DNA of 64,000 bases from contig CAYPVH010000008.1 of assembly GCA_964414145.1 (NCBI GenBank), positions 17,369-81,368 of the forward strand. Reading direction: 5' to 3'. Under the pieces are notes generated by a model. The model was not told where the DNA came from. It worked only from the letters and a program-made list of their open reading frames with translations, and made no database searches. The DNA is from an uncultured Gammaproteobacteria bacterium (lineage in GTDB: Bacteria > Patescibacteriota > Microgenomatia > UBA1406). The translations under genes and the position numbers were made by a program. The stretch's first letter is position 1. Each line of letters starts with the position of its first letter. Positions 63,096 to 64,000 of the stretch are shown piece after piece.

Positions 63096-63252
63096 AGACG
63101 TACTTTATGAGAATTTGCTAACTCGGGAAGGATGGAGAGCTGCATTCTTAGCTTTCCAAATAAACCCACAGTGATATTTTAATTGGCAAAAAAAATTGCA
63201 AGGCATGAGTGATGCTTTTTTTGCTTCATGCTCTGTTTCGTTTTGCGAAATC

Positions 63253-63326
63253 GGGCCTGTAGCTCAGTTGGCTAGAGCGTCCGCCTTGCACGCGGAAGGT
63301 CACCGGTTCGAATCCGGTCAGGTCCA
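63253..63326 (+). tRNA. tRNA-Ala (anticodon UGC)
   Basis: Acceptor GGGCCTG/CAGGTCC with G3:U70. Anticodon stem TCCGC/GCGGA with loop CTTGCAC. T-arm ACCGGTTCGAATCCGGT. Confidence 0.95.
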
Positions 63327-63421
63327 CTGCCAAAGTTATTTTATTTTTTTTAGGGTAGTAGTTAGTAGTTGCTCGCTACTACCCTTAAGAAGGTAAAGTG
63401 AAAATATTGCTTTCTTTGAAA

Positions 63422-63434
63422 TGTTCTTTAACAA
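63422..63434 (+). promoter_or_regulatory. boxA-like antitermination element in the tRNA-23S spacer
   Basis: TGTTCTTTAACAA vs the E. coli rrn boxA TGCTCTTTAACAA (12/13). Confidence 0.6.
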
Positions 63435-63487
63435 GCAAAAATTGATTAAAAAATACATCTTAATAACTCTTGAGTAGAATACAGGAG

Positions 63488-64000
63488 TTGGGGAAAGTCA
63501 ACGCAAATGGTGGATGCCTTGGCGCTAGAAGCTGATGAAGGACGTGTGCTAAACCACGAAAACGCCGGTGAGACGTTATGCAGTCATTAACAACCGACGG
63601 TATCCGAATGGGAAAACCCGCTCTTTTAGTAATAATCGAGCACTCTGCTTTGCAGGGAAGGAACCCGGAGAACTGAAACATCTAAGTACCCGGAGGAAAA
63701 GAGACCACGAGGTATTCCGTTAGTAGCGGCGAGCGAAAACGGAGAAGCCCAAACTTTCGATTTATCGAAGGTGTTTAGGACCCACATAATAATTAATCTT
63801 AAATAGTAAAAAATCTTGGAATGGATTGCCATAGAAGGTGAAAGCCCTGTATATGAAATTTTTGATTTTTTAGGTGGAGTTCCAGAGTACCACGGAGCAC
63901 GGCAACTCTGTGGGAAGATGGCCGGGCCACCGGCCAAGGCTAAATACTTCTAGTGACCGATAGTGAACTAGTACTGTGAAGGAAAGGTGAAAAGTCCCCC
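63488..64000 (+). rRNA. rrl: 23S rRNA, 5' ~510 nt (continues past the window)
   Basis: GGTGGATGCCTTGGC, GATGAAGGACGTG, CCGAATGGGAAAACCC, GAACTGAAACATCTAAGTACCCGGAGGAAAAG and AGTAGCGGCGAGCGAA are the universal 23S domain I strings. The 5' end is placed by alignment to E. coli by eye (+/- 10 nt). Confidence 0.95.

Noticed and set aside
63196-63937. Track ORFs 63196..63396(+), 63460..63681(-) and 63626..63937(-)
   Set aside because: They overlap tRNA-Ala(UGC) and the 23S rRNA and are classic spurious ORFs in rRNA operons.

Overview
Low-GC bacterial chromosome segment. My hand counts of single 60-nt lines range from about 20% to 45% G+C. Gene packing is compact, and the content looks most like an uncultivated, reduced-genome Patescibacteria/CPR-like organism; that assignment is inference only.

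Ordinary content:
- Housekeeping genes: groES-groEL, sod, trmD, yidC, rnhA, tRNA-Leu(CAG), tRNA-Ala(GGC), and tRNA-Ala(UGC) followed by the 5' end of a 23S rRNA.
- Cell-envelope glycan genes: GT2, GT4, a GT26 WecB/TagA/CpsF enzyme, a PglC-like phosphoglycosyl transferase, two Wzy/O-antigen-ligase-like proteins, a Wzx flippase, an SDR epimerase, a UbiA-type prenyl/phosphoribosyl transferase, a sulfatase-like enzyme and a 1358-aa GT-C-like protein.
- A Tat/lipobox GH10 xylanase-like protein.
- Two separated type IV secretion / type IV pilus-like modules. The first holds an SLT-like protein, a VirD4/TraD-like coupling ATPase, a PilX-like protein and a 1001-aa adhesin. The second holds PrgI/VirB3-like, VirB4-like and VirB6-like proteins and a 1337-aa giant protein.

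Most interesting call: a very AT-rich, apparently undescribed RiPP-like cluster at about 35.5-42.9 kb.
- It encodes a radical SAM/SPASM enzyme, a QueC-like PP-loop ATPase fused to a PqqD/RRE domain, an HPr-kinase-like P-loop protein, an S26-type peptidase fused to a PF14907-like nucleotidyltransferase, and a Lon-type AAA+ module without a protease domain.
- Two unannotated, translationally coupled small ORFs lie in the cluster. They share a KY(V/T)KPSIK leader-like motif that is conserved through synonymous codon changes.

Other notable signals:
- An approximately 0.85-kb high-GC single-gene island.
- A genome-wide family of 7-bp-period 'heptad' repeats plus GC-rich palindromes. It surrounds a four-helix-bundle gene and has invaded an FAD-oxidoreductase gene in frame at three sites.
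- A tandem duplication of the tRNA-Ala 3' end.
- Several consensus sigma70-type promoters, two of which drive candidate non-coding RNAs.
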